Assembly: GCA_963797675.1 (NCBI GenBank)
Contig: CAWCQQ010000008.1
Coordinates: forward strand, 6,425-70,424
DNA: 64,000 nucleotides
Source: an uncultured Actinomycetota bacterium
Lineage (GTDB): Bacteria; Actinomycetota; Actinomycetes; Mycobacteriales; Micromonosporaceae
Reading direction: 5' to 3'
A model generated the notes under the pieces. The model had not been told where the DNA came from. It saw only the letters and a program-made list of their open reading frames with translations, and searched no databases. Positions 1-9,916 of this stretch are shown in pieces. Each line of letters starts with the position of its first letter. Positions within the stretch are counted from its first letter, which is position 1. Made by a program: the position numbers and the translations under genes.

Positions 1-2
1 TC

Positions 3-191
3 TGCTTCGTCGGCGTACCGATGAACGTCAAGGCCACGAGCCTTGACCTGCGCGAAATCCGGTACGACGCGACATGGCGTACGGAGCCGTCGGAGTGGAG
101 CTTCGCCGACATCACGCGGATCGAGTTCGCCGATCGGTACAGCGGCATCATCTACGCCGTGGCCACCGAGTCGGAACCCGCGCCGAACTGA
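3..191 (+). CDS. 3' end of an unidentified protein-coding gene (starts upstream of the window)
   Basis: Frame 3 is open from the window edge to TGA at 189-191. Translation is CFVGVPMNVKATSLDLREIRYDATWRTEPSEWSFADITRIEFADRYSGIIYAVATESEPAPN, with high GC3. No family recognised. Confidence 0.4.
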   Translation, partial: CFVGVPMNVKATSLDLREIRYDATWRTEPSEWSFADITRIEFADRYSGIIYAVATESEPAPN

Positions 192-310
192 TGACCAGCG
201 CCGGTGCCGAACGGGCGATTGTCTGAGTCCGTACAGATACCTGTGCTGAGCGTCCGATTTCTGCTACCGTGCGGCGGATCTCACGGCGAACGCGTTAGAG
301 GAGCGGCACT

Positions 311-1651
311 GTGTCCGAAGAGGACAGTCCAATCGGTAACCTGGCGAGCAAATTGACCGAGAAGGCCACCCAAAAGGTGACCGAGAAGGTCGGAGACGCC
401 GTTGACGCGGCTGACATGGACACAAAGGAAGCCCGGGGCCTGCGGAAAGTTGCGGGCGTCTTCGACTCGGCCCGCAAGGTGGTCGCGTCGGCGTCCGCAC
501 TCGTGGTCGCGGCCGGAGGCCTCTGGTTGGGCATCCACCAGATCTTCGCGTCGCCGTCCGCGAACGCCAAGCCGGACACGGCAGTCAGCACGCCGGCCAC
601 CGCCCCTCCGAGCGTGACGCCGACCACGGCCGCGCCGTCGCCCACCGCGACACCCATCCCGCCGCCCGCGGCCGCGGCGAACATCCCGACCCGGAACCCA
701 AACTGGGCGGTGCCGTTCGGCGACAGCGTCGAGTCAAGCCCGACCGTCTACAACGGAGTCGTCTACGTCGGCAGCGACGACAACTACCTGTACGCGATCG
801 AGGCGACGACCGGCCACACGCTGTGGCACACCAAGACCGGCGGCCGCGTGCTGAGCAAGCCGGTGGTGAGCGGCGGCGTGATCTACGTCGGCAGCGCGGA
901 CAAGAAGATCTATGCGATCACGGCTGCCACCGGCGTCGTCCGCTGGTCGTACGCGACGAAGGGCGAGGTCGACACCGCGGTCGCGATCGCCGGCGGCGTT
1001 CTCTACGCGGGCAGCACCGACCACGACCTATACGCGATCACGCTGAGCACGCACAAGCTCAAGTGGAAGGTCGCCACGAAGGGCGCGATCCGCTCGGCGC
1101 CTGCGGTCTCCGGCACGACCGTCTACGTCGGCAGCGACGACGGCAAGCTGTACGCGTTCAGCACCACGACGCACCGGCAGGTCTGGGCGGTTACCACCGG
1201 CGCGGCGGTCGAGTCGAATCCGATCGTGTCCGGCGGGATCGTCTACGTCGGCAGCAACGACGGCTACGTCCGGGCGATCCGGCAGGCCGGCGGCACGCAG
1301 GTCTGGAAGTTCCGCACCGGCTCGTCGGTGCACGCCAGCGGCATCATCTCGGCCGGTGTGCTCTACATCGGCAGCGACGACGACACGATGTATGCATTCA
1401 ACGCCGGCAACGGCAAGGTCAACTGGAAGCAGAAGACGTCCGGCGACATTCGGACCGCCCCGGCGCTGGCCGCGTCCGTGATCTACATCGGCACCCGGGA
1501 CGGCTCGGTCTACGCGCTGAGTGCGACCACCGGCACGCCGGCCTGGACGATTGCGACCGGCGACTGGGTCGACTCGTCACCGCTCTACTCGAACGGCTAT
1601 ATCTACTTCGGCAGCGACAACAACTACCTGTACTCGGTAGCCACCTCGTAG
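311..1651 (+). CDS. PQQ-like beta-propeller repeat protein (BamB/PQQ-enzyme-repeat family), membrane anchored
   Basis: 446-aa ORF with a GTG start preceded by GAGGAG. It has a charged N-terminus, one hydrophobic span (GGLWLGIHQIF) and a Pro/Ala/Thr linker. About 8 copies of the repeat G.(V/I)YVGS.D..(L/M)YA(I/F)...TG...W follow. Confidence 0.85.
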   Translation: MSEEDSPIGNLASKLTEKATQKVTEKVGDAVDAADMDTKEARGLRKVAGVFDSARKVVASASALVVAAGGLWLGIHQIFASPSANAKPDTAVSTPATAPPSVTPTTAAPSPTATPIPPPAAAANIPTRNPNWAVPFGDSVESSPTVYNGVVYVGSDDNYLYAIEATTGHTLWHTKTGGRVLSKPVVSGGVIYVGSADKKIYAITAATGVVRWSYATKGEVDTAVAIAGGVLYAGSTDHDLYAITLSTHKLKWKVATKGAIRSAPAVSGTTVYVGSDDGKLYAFSTTTHRQVWAVTTGAAVESNPIVSGGIVYVGSNDGYVRAIRQAGGTQVWKFRTGSSVHASGIISAGVLYIGSDDDTMYAFNAGNGKVNWKQKTSGDIRTAPALAASVIYIGTRDGSVYALSATTGTPAWTIATGDWVDSSPLYSNGYIYFGSDNNYLYSVATS

Positions 1652-1661
1652 ATCCGCCAAC

Positions 1662-1724
1662 CCGTTCGTCCGCTATCTGCGTTCGGCCAGCTTCGGCAGG
1701 CTCATCCACATAGCGGACGAACGG
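1662..1724. terminator. Long inverted repeat between convergent genes (putative bidirectional terminator)
   Basis: Perfect 15-bp arms CCGTTCGTCCGCTAT (1662-1676) and ATAGCGGACGAACGG (1710-1724) with a 33-nt loop. It lies between the stop codons at 1651 (+) and 1741 (-). Confidence 0.45.
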
Positions 1725-1740
1725 CGGCGCCGTGCTTTCG

Positions 1741-3024
1741 CTACACGGCGACCGGAACAGCCTCGTCGATGATGACCGGTTCGGTGTCGCGGCCGTCTTG
1801 CCCCGGCGTGAGGAGCCGGTGCAGCGACAGCGCGAGGGCCGATGCCACGAGCGCACCGATCACCACGAGGACCAACCACACCGTCGCAAATCCGTGCCCG
1901 ATCAGCGGCGCTGCGGTCAACGGCCCGATAATCCCGGTGATGCCCCAGGACATGCCGGAGATCGCGTTGTAGCGTCCGCGCAGCTCATCGGTGGCCAGCG
2001 CGTTCGTGACCGCCGGCAGGATCGGCGACATCAGCGTCTCGCCGCACGCGAACACGGTTGCGCACAGAATCACGCAGATCATCGGGATCACCGAGTTGAC
2101 CGACGCGCCCCAGGCACCGGCGCCGAGGATGAGCCAGGACACCGCGATGATCGCGCCGACCAGCGCGAGCGCCCGAGTGCGGCTGCGACCTTCCATGCGT
2201 TTCAGCACGAACAGTTGGGCGAGCACGATCGTCGCGGTGTTCGCGGCGAACGCCCAGGCGATGGTGCGTGGCGCCACACCGGCCGCGGTCGACGCGTACG
2301 CCGGGAAGCCGACCTCCATCTGCGCGTACGCGCATGACATCAGGACAACCGTGAAGATCGCCATGCGGCGGAATGCCCGATTGGCGAAGACCTCCCGATA
2401 GCCGCCGGACTCGGAGCGTTTCTCCGGTGTCGCCGCGGATGCCACCGGTCCGCCGATGCGCCGCAGCGCCAGCAGGATCACCATCGGTATCAGCGTGGTG
2501 GCACCATCGATCAGGTAGAGCAACTGGAACGACGAGGGCCGGTGGACGTCGGCGATGAAGCCGGCAACGACGCCACCCGAGCCGATGCCGAGATTCAGGA
2601 TCGCGAACGACAAGCCGAACACCTTCTGGCGCTCGGCTTCGGTCGTGACGCCCACCATGATCGTGTTCTGGCCGGACCACAGCCCCGCGCCACCGACCGC
2701 GCCGAGGCTTGCCGCCGCGAGCGCCTGCCACGTGGTATGGATGAAGCCGTATCCGGCGGTGCCGACCGCGCTGCACACGAACAGCGGCAGGATCACCCGC
2801 CGTGCACCGAACCGGTCGATCATCGCGCCAACCGGTCCGCCGAGGATCAGCCCGAGGATGCCCATCCACGCGATGATCACGCCGACCATGATCGAGTCGA
2901 TGTGCCGGACTTTGGTCAGATAGATGAAGAGGAACGGCAGGGTCATGCCCTGACCGAACGAGGTCAGGAACGTGCCGAACAGCATCCAGCGTGCTTCCGG
3001 GCGGTGGGGGAGGGCGGATCGGAT
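1741..3024 (-). CDS. MFS transporter
   Basis: ORF 1741..3117 has many hydrophobic spans and the MFS loop motif GAMIDRFGARRV. The start is probably internal (GTG 3024 or ATG 2985), because a start at 3117 would leave only 20 bp to the divergent gene. Confidence 0.85.
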   Translation of the reverse strand: MRSALPHRPEARWMLFGTFLTSFGQGMTLPFLFIYLTKVRHIDSIMVGVIIAWMGILGLILGGPVGAMIDRFGARRVILPLFVCSAVGTAGYGFIHTTWQALAAASLGAVGGAGLWSGQNTIMVGVTTEAERQKVFGLSFAILNLGIGSGGVVAGFIADVHRPSSFQLLYLIDGATTLIPMVILLALRRIGGPVASAATPEKRSESGGYREVFANRAFRRMAIFTVVLMSCAYAQMEVGFPAYASTAAGVAPRTIAWAFAANTATIVLAQLFVLKRMEGRSRTRALALVGAIIAVSWLILGAGAWGASVNSVIPMICVILCATVFACGETLMSPILPAVTNALATDELRGRYNAISGMSWGITGIIGPLTAAPLIGHGFATVWLVLVVIGALVASALALSLHRLLTPGQDGRDTEPVIIDEAVPVAV

Positions 3025-3137
3025 CACGCGGCTAGTCTGCCTTCCGGGTACGACATCGGCTCCCTCGTGAGGGCCATCCCACATCTTGTTCGGGCACGTC
3101 CCGCGCGCGCGACTCATTTATTACTACGCTGACGGTC

Positions 3138-3758
3138 GTGGCTCGTTACTTTGACGTCAATCCCGACAATCCGCAGGCTCGTTCGATCCGCCAGGTGGTG
3201 GACGTGGTACGCGAGGGCGGGCTGATCGCGTACCCGACGGATTCCTGCTTCGCCCTCGGCTGCCAGATCGGCAACAAGGAGGGTCTGGACCGGATCCGAG
3301 AGATCCGGCGCCTCGACGATCGGCACCACTTCACGCTGGTGTGCCGGGACTTTGCCCAGCTCGGGCAGTTCGTGCAGGTGAGCAACTCGGTGTTTCGCCT
3401 GGTGAAGGCATCGACGCCGGGCAGCTACACGTTCATCCTGCCGGCCACGCGGGAGGTGCCCCGGCGCCTGCTGCACCCGAAGAAGAAGACGGTCGGCGTA
3501 CGCGTACCCAAACATGCGGTTGCGCAGGCGCTCCTGGAAGAGCTCGGCGAACCGCTCCTGTCCACGACCCTGCTCCTACCTGACGAGGAAGAGCCGATGA
3601 CGCAGGGCTGGGAGATCAAGGATCGCCTGGACAGTGCGATCGATGCGGTGATCGACTCGGGTGACTGTGGCATCGAACCGACCACCGTCGTCGATCTGTC
3701 CGGAGACGAACCGGAAATCCTGCGCCGCGGCGCCGGCGACCCATCCCGCTTCGAGTAG
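3138..3758 (+). CDS. yciO: YciO-type YrdC/Sua5-family protein (threonylcarbamoyl-AMP synthase paralog)
   Basis: 206 aa. It is colinear with E. coli YciO as I recall it: NPDNPQ, YPTDSCFALGC, HFTLVCRD, TPGSYTFIL, REVPRRLL, KKTVGVRVP, AQALLEELGEPLLST, IKDRL. Confidence 0.8.
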   Translation: MARYFDVNPDNPQARSIRQVVDVVREGGLIAYPTDSCFALGCQIGNKEGLDRIREIRRLDDRHHFTLVCRDFAQLGQFVQVSNSVFRLVKASTPGSYTFILPATREVPRRLLHPKKKTVGVRVPKHAVAQALLEELGEPLLSTTLLLPDEEEPMTQGWEIKDRLDSAIDAVIDSGDCGIEPTTVVDLSGDEPEILRRGAGDPSRFE

Positions 3759-3769
3759 GCCCAGGAGTC

Positions 3770-4165
3770 TCAGGCGTCGTCCCCGGTGATCGCCTCGATC
3801 AATCGCCACATTGCTGAGCTGGGATTGGTCCCCTTCGCCGAGCCGTCGAGACGGTGTTTGTCGTCCAGTTTGACGGCCCGCTCGACCGCGTCACGATGTC
3901 GCAGGACCAGGGTCGCAAGAGCTGAGCCGTCGAGTACCTTCGCGCATTTGAGCAGCTCTTTAGACCGACGGGCCGGCCGCGTCCTCGTCCGGCCTCTCGT
4001 GCCTCGAGTTGCTGCGCTTCCACCGCGTGTTGGACGAGTTGCAGCGGTGGCGCGCCCAATGCGTGAGGTAAAGCTCTCGGTCTGTCGCCCCTCGACAAAT
4101 ACAAGTATTTCGCGGCGTTGGGCGGCGTCGGAGACGGATCGTCTAGGTCTACCTGCCTTGATCAA
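3770..4165 (-). pseudogene. RloB-like (Toprim-like) protein remnant, internally frameshifted
   Basis: It starts ..RREILVFVEGRQTE (the xxEGxxTE motif of RloB-like proteins) and ends ..GTNPSSAMWRLIEAI (RloB-like C-terminal NPS motif). The middle ~40 codons are Arg-rich nonsense in this frame. It overlaps the upstream ATPase fragment by 4 nt. Confidence 0.35.
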
Positions 4166-4686
4166 TGCCCGCCTCCGGGCGCCGCGGTGATGGCATCCGC
4201 GAACTGCTGGCCGGACAGGATCGGTATGGCACCGTAACGTCCGGCTAGGTAGCGCCGGCCGATTGCCTCGGCTTTACGCGGCGCCAGATCGGCCAACGCG
4301 TACAGCCGCGTACTCCGGCCATCGCGTTTCTCGGTGAACCAGACTTGATCTCGTCCGATCGTGGCGTCGTCGACCGAGTCGCCCAGCAGCGTGGCATCGT
4401 GCGAGTTGAAAACGAGTTGGGCGTGTTCGCGATTGGTTTGAGGATCCTGGAAGAGCCGGATCAGCCTAGTGACGAGAGCGGGATGGAGGCTTGCGTCCAG
4501 AATCCGTACGACACGGCGGACGCGTTCCCTCATCGCCGGATCGATTTCGCGTTTCACTGCGCCAGTAATGCCCAGGTCGGCCGCCTGCAGAAGACCGAGC
4601 ACCTGATCACGACGCTTCGGGTCATCGAGCAGCTGAGTGGTCATGGCCTGGCGGCCGTGATGGAACCGCCACGAGGGGCAGCTCAT
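4162..4686 (-). pseudogene. C-terminal fragment of an AAA_21/RloA-type ABC-like ATPase (5' part missing)
   Basis: Only the last third of the family is present: ILDASLHPAL (Walker B/D-loop region), QLVFNSHDATLL (H-loop), RDQVWFTEKRDGRSTRLYALADL and RRYLAGRYGAIP. No Walker A region exists upstream before the divergent gene. Confidence 0.5.
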
Positions 4687-4764
4687 TGCCCTGCTAGCAT
4701 GTTGGTCTCGGCTAATCTCCCGATAGCGCGGATTCCTCGCAAATCGACATTAGGATGCCAAAGC

Positions 4765-5694
4765 ATGCCAACGCGCAGGTCAATTGTCATCAACGGAGAC
4801 CTCGGCAGCGGCAAAAGCACGGTGTCGAAGCTATTGGCCGAGCGGCTGTCGATCAAGCGGATCAGCGTCGGCGACCTGTACCGCGATATGGCTGCCCAGC
4901 GGGGAATGACGGCGCTGCAGCTGAACTTGCACGCGGAACTCGACGACAAGATCGACACGTACGTCGATGAGCTGCAAAGCGGCATCGCTGCCTCCGGTGA
5001 ACAGCTGATCGTCGACAGCCGCCTCGCGTGGTTCTTCTTCAAGGACGCACTGAAGGTCCACCTGATCACCGAACCGATGGTCGCCGCGCGCCGTGTTCTG
5101 TCCCGGCCCGGTGACGAGGTCGAGAGTTACGCATCGGTGGAGGAGGCGATCGACCGCCTGGCCAGCCGCAGCGAGAGCGAGCGCGCACGGTTCGTCACGC
5201 GGTACGGCGCCGACAAGACCCGCCTGCGCAACTACGACCTGGTCTGCGATTCGACCGGTGCCACGCCGAATCAGATCGTCGAGCAGATCGTGCAGGTCTT
5301 CCAGCGGCATACGACCGCCGGACCGGTCCTGCTCCTGGACCCGACGCGCATCTACCCGACGGCAGAGATCGCGGCGGTCGGCGGCATGTGGGACTCGGAT
5401 CTCGTCGAGGCGGTCAAGGCCGATCCGGCGGCGCTCGAGACCATCTCGGTCGGCTACGCGCACCCGAACTTCTTCGTCATCGACGGCCATCGCCGCCTGA
5501 GCGCCGCGATCCAGAACGGCCTCCGGCTCGTCCCCGCGACGCTGGCGGCCGAGGCGAACGAGGAGGTCGCCGGCGGTCTGAGCGCGCTGCAGTTTCTGGA
5601 GCACGAGGTGACCGCGGCGCGTATCGACGACTGGGCCGAGGCGCACCAACTGACTCTCCCGGCGCCGCATCGGACTCGTGTCGCCCCGCTTTAG
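4765..5694 (+). CDS. P-loop kinase (cytidylate-kinase-like) fused to a ParB/Srx-fold domain
   Basis: An in-frame ATG at 4765 lies inside ORF 4345..5694. The N-terminus carries a Walker A motif (IVINGDLGSGKSTVSKLLAERL) and LIVDSRLAWFF. The C-terminal ~90 aa carry the ParB/sulfiredoxin signature FFVIDGHRRLSAA. Confidence 0.7.
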   Translation: MPTRRSIVINGDLGSGKSTVSKLLAERLSIKRISVGDLYRDMAAQRGMTALQLNLHAELDDKIDTYVDELQSGIAASGEQLIVDSRLAWFFFKDALKVHLITEPMVAARRVLSRPGDEVESYASVEEAIDRLASRSESERARFVTRYGADKTRLRNYDLVCDSTGATPNQIVEQIVQVFQRHTTAGPVLLLDPTRIYPTAEIAAVGGMWDSDLVEAVKADPAALETISVGYAHPNFFVIDGHRRLSAAIQNGLRLVPATLAAEANEEVAGGLSALQFLEHEVTAARIDDWAEAHQLTLPAPHRTRVAPL

Positions 5695-6715
5695 CAGCTC
5701 TGTTCTCGCGCTCGGTCTGCTCGTCGGCGTCGTCGGCCTGACGCCCGGTCCGGCGTCGGCCACGCGCCAGACCGTCTGTACGGTCACGGATCACCGGGTG
5801 ATCGGCCTGTCCGGTCTGATCGTCACGAAGACCGGGTTCATCTCGATCTCGGACAGCAACATCGACAAGTCCAAGATTCGCATCTGGTACCTCGACCAGA
5901 ACTGCCACGTCGTCACGTCCATCGGATACCCGACGTCGGCCTACGACCCGGAGGATGCCGCGATCGGCCGGGACGGCACGCTCTATGTCGCCGATATCGG
6001 GGACAACGGCCGCAGCCGGTCGACCATCGCGGTCTGGTCACTGCCACCCGGGCACAAGATCCCCACGATCACGCGGTACGCGTACCCCGACGGCCCGCAC
6101 GACGCGGAAGCGATGCTGCTGGCCGCCGACGACACACCGATCTTCGTCACGAAGGATCCGATCACGGCCGGCATCTACACGCCGAGCGCGCCGGGTGTCC
6201 TGCGGAAGGTCGGCATGTTCACGCTGACCCCGACGGATACGCCCAGTGGCGTCGGTGCCCTCGGCGGATTCGTGGTGACCGGTGGCGCGAACTCGCCCGA
6301 TCGCCGGAAGGTCGCGCTGCGCTCGTACAACGACGCCTACGAATGGGACGTCCCGGACGGCAACGTCGTCACGGCGATCACCACGACACCCCCGCGGATC
6401 AGTCCGCTGCCGAACGAGCCGCAGGGCGAAGGCATCGCGTACGGGCTCGACGGTGCCTCTTTCTATACCGTCAGCGACCAGGAGGTCGCGCCGATCCGTA
6501 CGGCGATCCGGCGCTATCCGTCGGCGCTGGTCGCGTCGTCGGCCGCTCCGATCCGATCGGCGGCCCCGACGGTGTCCCCATCGGTGTCCGCATCGCCGGC
6601 CGGCGGGAGCGGCGGTCGATCGACACGAAGTCCGTTGTTACTGCTGGTAGCGGGTGGGATAGTCCTCGTCGGCGGTGGCGCCTGGGGGCTCAGCCGATCT
6701 CGACGGCGTCCGTGA
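5678..6715 (+). CDS. Secreted, C-terminally membrane-anchored protein of unknown function
   Basis: The N-terminus looks like a signal peptide (LALGLLVGVVGLTPGPASA). The body carries a propeller/phytase-like ADIGDNG motif. A Ser/Ala/Pro linker, a TM span (LLLLVAGGIVLVGGGAWGL) and RSRRRP follow. Confidence 0.6.
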   Translation: MSPRFSSSVLALGLLVGVVGLTPGPASATRQTVCTVTDHRVIGLSGLIVTKTGFISISDSNIDKSKIRIWYLDQNCHVVTSIGYPTSAYDPEDAAIGRDGTLYVADIGDNGRSRSTIAVWSLPPGHKIPTITRYAYPDGPHDAEAMLLAADDTPIFVTKDPITAGIYTPSAPGVLRKVGMFTLTPTDTPSGVGALGGFVVTGGANSPDRRKVALRSYNDAYEWDVPDGNVVTAITTTPPRISPLPNEPQGEGIAYGLDGASFYTVSDQEVAPIRTAIRRYPSALVASSAAPIRSAAPTVSPSVSASPAGGSGGRSTRSPLLLLVAGGIVLVGGGAWGLSRSRRRP

Positions 6716-6866
6716 AGCAGCGCTCCGTGACCCCGCCAATTGGTACGGCGAGGACGAAAACGGCCTCTACGTCGAACCCCGGAACCACGGCAATGTCCGC
6801 CATTTCCGGGTGTTCGCGGTCGGCATAGAGACCAGGGTCACCCGCCCGGCGTACGCCACCTAGAGT

Positions 6867-9327
6867 GTGCTCGTGGGAATCGCGGATCGTTTGAAGAAGT
6901 CATTTGGGAAGCTGCTCCAGAAGCCTGGCGCGACGGTCAACCTCGCCGAGTACGAGCTGGTGCTCGACCAGGTCACCGAGCGTGAAGCCGAGCTGCGCGA
7001 GCTCTCCGACGAGGAGCTGACCGCGGTCGCACGTGAGGTGCTCGGGCGCCCGGACGTCGATGCGGCATCCGACGCAGACGACGCGAGACGACGAGGTGGA
7101 AGACCTCGATGCGGAAGACCTCGATGCGGAGGACGCCGACCTCGACGTCGAGCCCGATGATGACGATGCGGTGGTGGCCGAACCGGTCGCACTGACCCGC
7201 GAACAGCTCGCGGAGATCTGTGCACTCGGTCGCGAGGCCGGTCGTCGTGCGCTCGGCGAGACCGCGTTCGACACGCAGTTGCTCGGCGCGATGGCGATGA
7301 TCGACGGGCGCGTCGCGGAGATGGCGACCGGCGAGGGCAAGACGCTCGCCGCCGTGATCGCGGCGTTCGGGCATGTGGTGCGGGGGTCGCGCGTACACGT
7401 GTTGACGGTCAACGACTATCTCGCCCGGCGCGACGCGACCTGGATGGGCCCGGTCTACGAGCTGCTCGGACTGACCGTCGCCGCGGTCGGCGAGACCAGC
7501 ACGCACGATGAGCGGACCGAGGCGTACGCCTCCGACGTGACATATGTCGGCATCAGCGAGGCCGGCTTCGACTTCCTGCGTGATCAGCTCATCGTCTCTT
7601 CGGACGATGCCGTGATGCCGCCGCTGGCGACCGTCATCGTGGACGAGGCCGACTCGATCCTGATCGACGAGGCTCGCGTACCCCTGGTTCTGGCCGGAAG
7701 CATCACCGAGACGGACGCCGAGAGCATCGCGGTGGCGACCGCCACCCTGGTCGGCTCGCTCCGGCGTGGCCGGGACTACCAAATCGTGGACGACCGGCGC
7801 AACGTGCAGCTCACCACGCGCGGCGCGGCCGTCGTCGAGCGTGCGTTCGGCGATATCGACCTGTACAGCGAGGAGAGTCTCGGCAAGCTGACCGCGGTCA
7901 ACCAGGCGCTGCACGCCCGCGCGCTGCTGACCCGCGACGTCGACTACATCGTGCGGGACGGCAAGGTCGCGCTGGTGGACGAGTTCCGCGGCCGGGTACC
8001 GAAGCGTCGGCGCTGGCCGGACGGCCTCCAGGCCGCGGTCGAGGCGAAGGAAGGCCTGGTCGCGACGCCGGAAGGCCACGTACTGGGCTCGATCACGGTA
8101 CAGGCGTTCATCGGTCTCTACCCGACCGTCTGTGGCATGACCGGCACCGCGATCCGGATCGGCGACCAGCTGCGTGAGTTCTATCAGCTCGAGGTGGCGG
8201 TGATCCCGCCGAACACGCCGTGCATCCGTAAGGACGAGCCGGACCGCGTCTATGCGACGGCGGAGGAGAAGGAGGCCGCGCTCATCGCCGAGGTCGCCGA
8301 GGCACACGCCGAGGGCCGCCCGGTACTGGTCGGCACGCTCGACGTGGCCGAGTCCGAGCGCCTCGCCGAACACATGCGTGCCGAGGGCGTCGAGTGCGTC
8401 GTGCTCAACGCGAAGAACGACGAGGACGAGGCGGCCATCATCGCCGAGGCCGGCCGGCCCGGCGCGGTGACCGTGTCGACGCAGATGGCCGGCCGCGGCA
8501 TCGACATCCGTCTCGGCGGCAGCGAGACGACCGAACGTGACGAGGTGGTCGCGGTCGGCGGCCTGTACGTGATCGGTGCCGGCCGCAACGACAGCAGCCG
8601 GATCGACGACCAGCTGCGCGGTCGCGCCGGCCGGCAGGGCGATCCGGGCGGCTCGGTCTTCTTCGTCAGCGTCGAGGATTCGCTGATCGTCAACAACGGC
8701 GATCCGGTCTACGGCCGCGCGGACGGCGACGGGCTGGTCAAGGACCCGGCCGTAGTCGAGGCGGTGGCGCACGCGCAGCGCGTCTCCGAGGGTGTCTCGT
8801 TCGAGATCCACCGCAGCACCTGGAAGTACGGCGTCCTGATCGAGCGGCAGCGCCAGCTCCTCGCCGAGCGGCGGCACGAGCTGCTGACCACCGACGCCGC
8901 CGTCGACCTGGTGTCGAGCGGGGAATACTACGACGAGGTGGTCGAGGAGGTCGGCGCCGAGACGGCCGCACGTGCAGCTCGGCTGATCGCGCTCTACTAC
9001 CTCGATCAGGGCTGGTCCGACCACCTGGCCATGCTCGCCGACGTACGCGAGGGCATCCACCTGCGTACCCTCGGCAAGCAGAATCCGCTGGACGAGTTCC
9101 ACCGAGCCGCGATCCCGGCGTTCCGCGAGATGATGGCGCAGGCCGAGACGCAGACCGTCGACGCGTTCGAGGAGTCGGAGATCAGCGGCAAGGACTGGTC
9201 ACCGGATGAGGCGGGCCTGGCCCGACCGGCGGCGACGTGGACGTACATGGTGCACGACAACCCGTTCGGTTCGGAGATGGAGCGCTTCATCGCGAACGCG
9301 TCCCGGGCCCTCCTCGGCAAGCGCTGA
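6867..9327 (+). pseudogene. secA2: SecA-family preprotein translocase ATPase, SecA2-like, with one apparent frameshift
   Basis: The N-terminus (MLVGIADRLKKSFGKLL..LSDEELTA) lies in ORF 6867..7160. The rest lies in ORF 7033..9327 (MATGEGKTL, LTVNDYLARRDA, IVDEADSILIDEARVPLV, TQMAGRGIDI). The total is ~820 aa with no C-terminal zinc tail. The shift is near 7075-7095. Confidence 0.85.
7099..7128 (+). repeat. 15-bp perfect tandem duplication inside the secA2-like acidic insert
   Basis: GAAGACCTCGATGCG occurs twice in tandem and encodes EDLDA-EDLDA. Confidence 0.9.
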
Positions 9328-9338
9328 CCGCCGCTTAC

Positions 9339-9360
9339 CACCCTGCACTCACGCAGGGTG
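9339..9360 (+). terminator. Hairpin downstream of the secA2-like gene
   Basis: CACCCTGC-actcac-GCAGGGTG (8-bp stem, 6-nt loop) starts 12 nt after the stop. No U-tract follows. Confidence 0.4.
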
Positions 9361-9421
9361 CAGAGTGGTGGGCACAGCAAAACCGGTTGGGCTCCGGTGC
9401 CTGGTGACGGAGACTGATGGC

Positions 9422-9916
9422 ATGTCGACGATGCAGCGGCCGGCCGCCAAGACCGCACACACGGTGGCCAGCGAATATGCGCTCGGCACGCTCGACGCTC
9501 GTTACCTGCCGTGGTATGCCGCGGACTGGCTCGCCGAAGGGCACGACGGGCCGAACCTTGTCGAGCTGGCGTGCCTCGACGACAGCGATCCGGGACGCAA
9601 TATCGACCTGCTCCCGGATGCTCTCGCTGACGTCCGGGAACCCGTACCGACGGTGGACCAGGCGGTCGACGAGTGGCTCGACGACATCGCGGCGGCGTTG
9701 GCGCGCGGTGAGATCGACGAGCGCACGGTCTTTGTGCGGGTCGCGGCGTTCACCGTGGAGGTCCTCGGCTACCAGACCCGGTGGCCCGCGACACTCGTGA
9801 CGCTGGCCGCGATGGCGGACGAGTGGGAAGGCGAATGGGGCCGCAGCGACGCCGAACTGGCCACCGAGGTCCGTGATGTGTGCGCCCAGCACGTTCGTCG
9901 CCGGCCCGACGCGTGA
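9422..9916 (+). CDS. Hypothetical protein
   Basis: An in-frame ATG at 9422 lies inside ORF 9206..9916. The upstream part overlaps the secA2 end and is Arg-rich. GC3 is high. No family recognised. Confidence 0.5.
   Translation: MSTMQRPAAKTAHTVASEYALGTLDARYLPWYAADWLAEGHDGPNLVELACLDDSDPGRNIDLLPDALADVREPVPTVDQAVDEWLDDIAAALARGEIDERTVFVRVAAFTVEVLGYQTRWPATLVTLAAMADEWEGEWGRSDAELATEVRDVCAQHVRRRPDA

Noticed and set aside
264-684. Several 78-129-aa minus-strand ORFs at the window start
   Set aside because: They overlap the 5' part of the PQQ-propeller gene in antisense and are low-complexity Ala/Gly/Arg sequences.
6675-6863. 62-aa plus ORF, and a 35-aa antisense ORF, in the gap before secA2
   Set aside because: The plus ORF starts inside the preceding gene. 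Neither ORF has an RBS or a recognisable motif. Protein-like appearance is expected by chance at this GC content.
6973-9102. 709-aa minus-strand ORF
   Set aside because: It is antisense to the well-supported secA2-like gene. It is Arg/Gly/Ala-rich and low-complexity, the typical shadow ORF of high-GC DNA.
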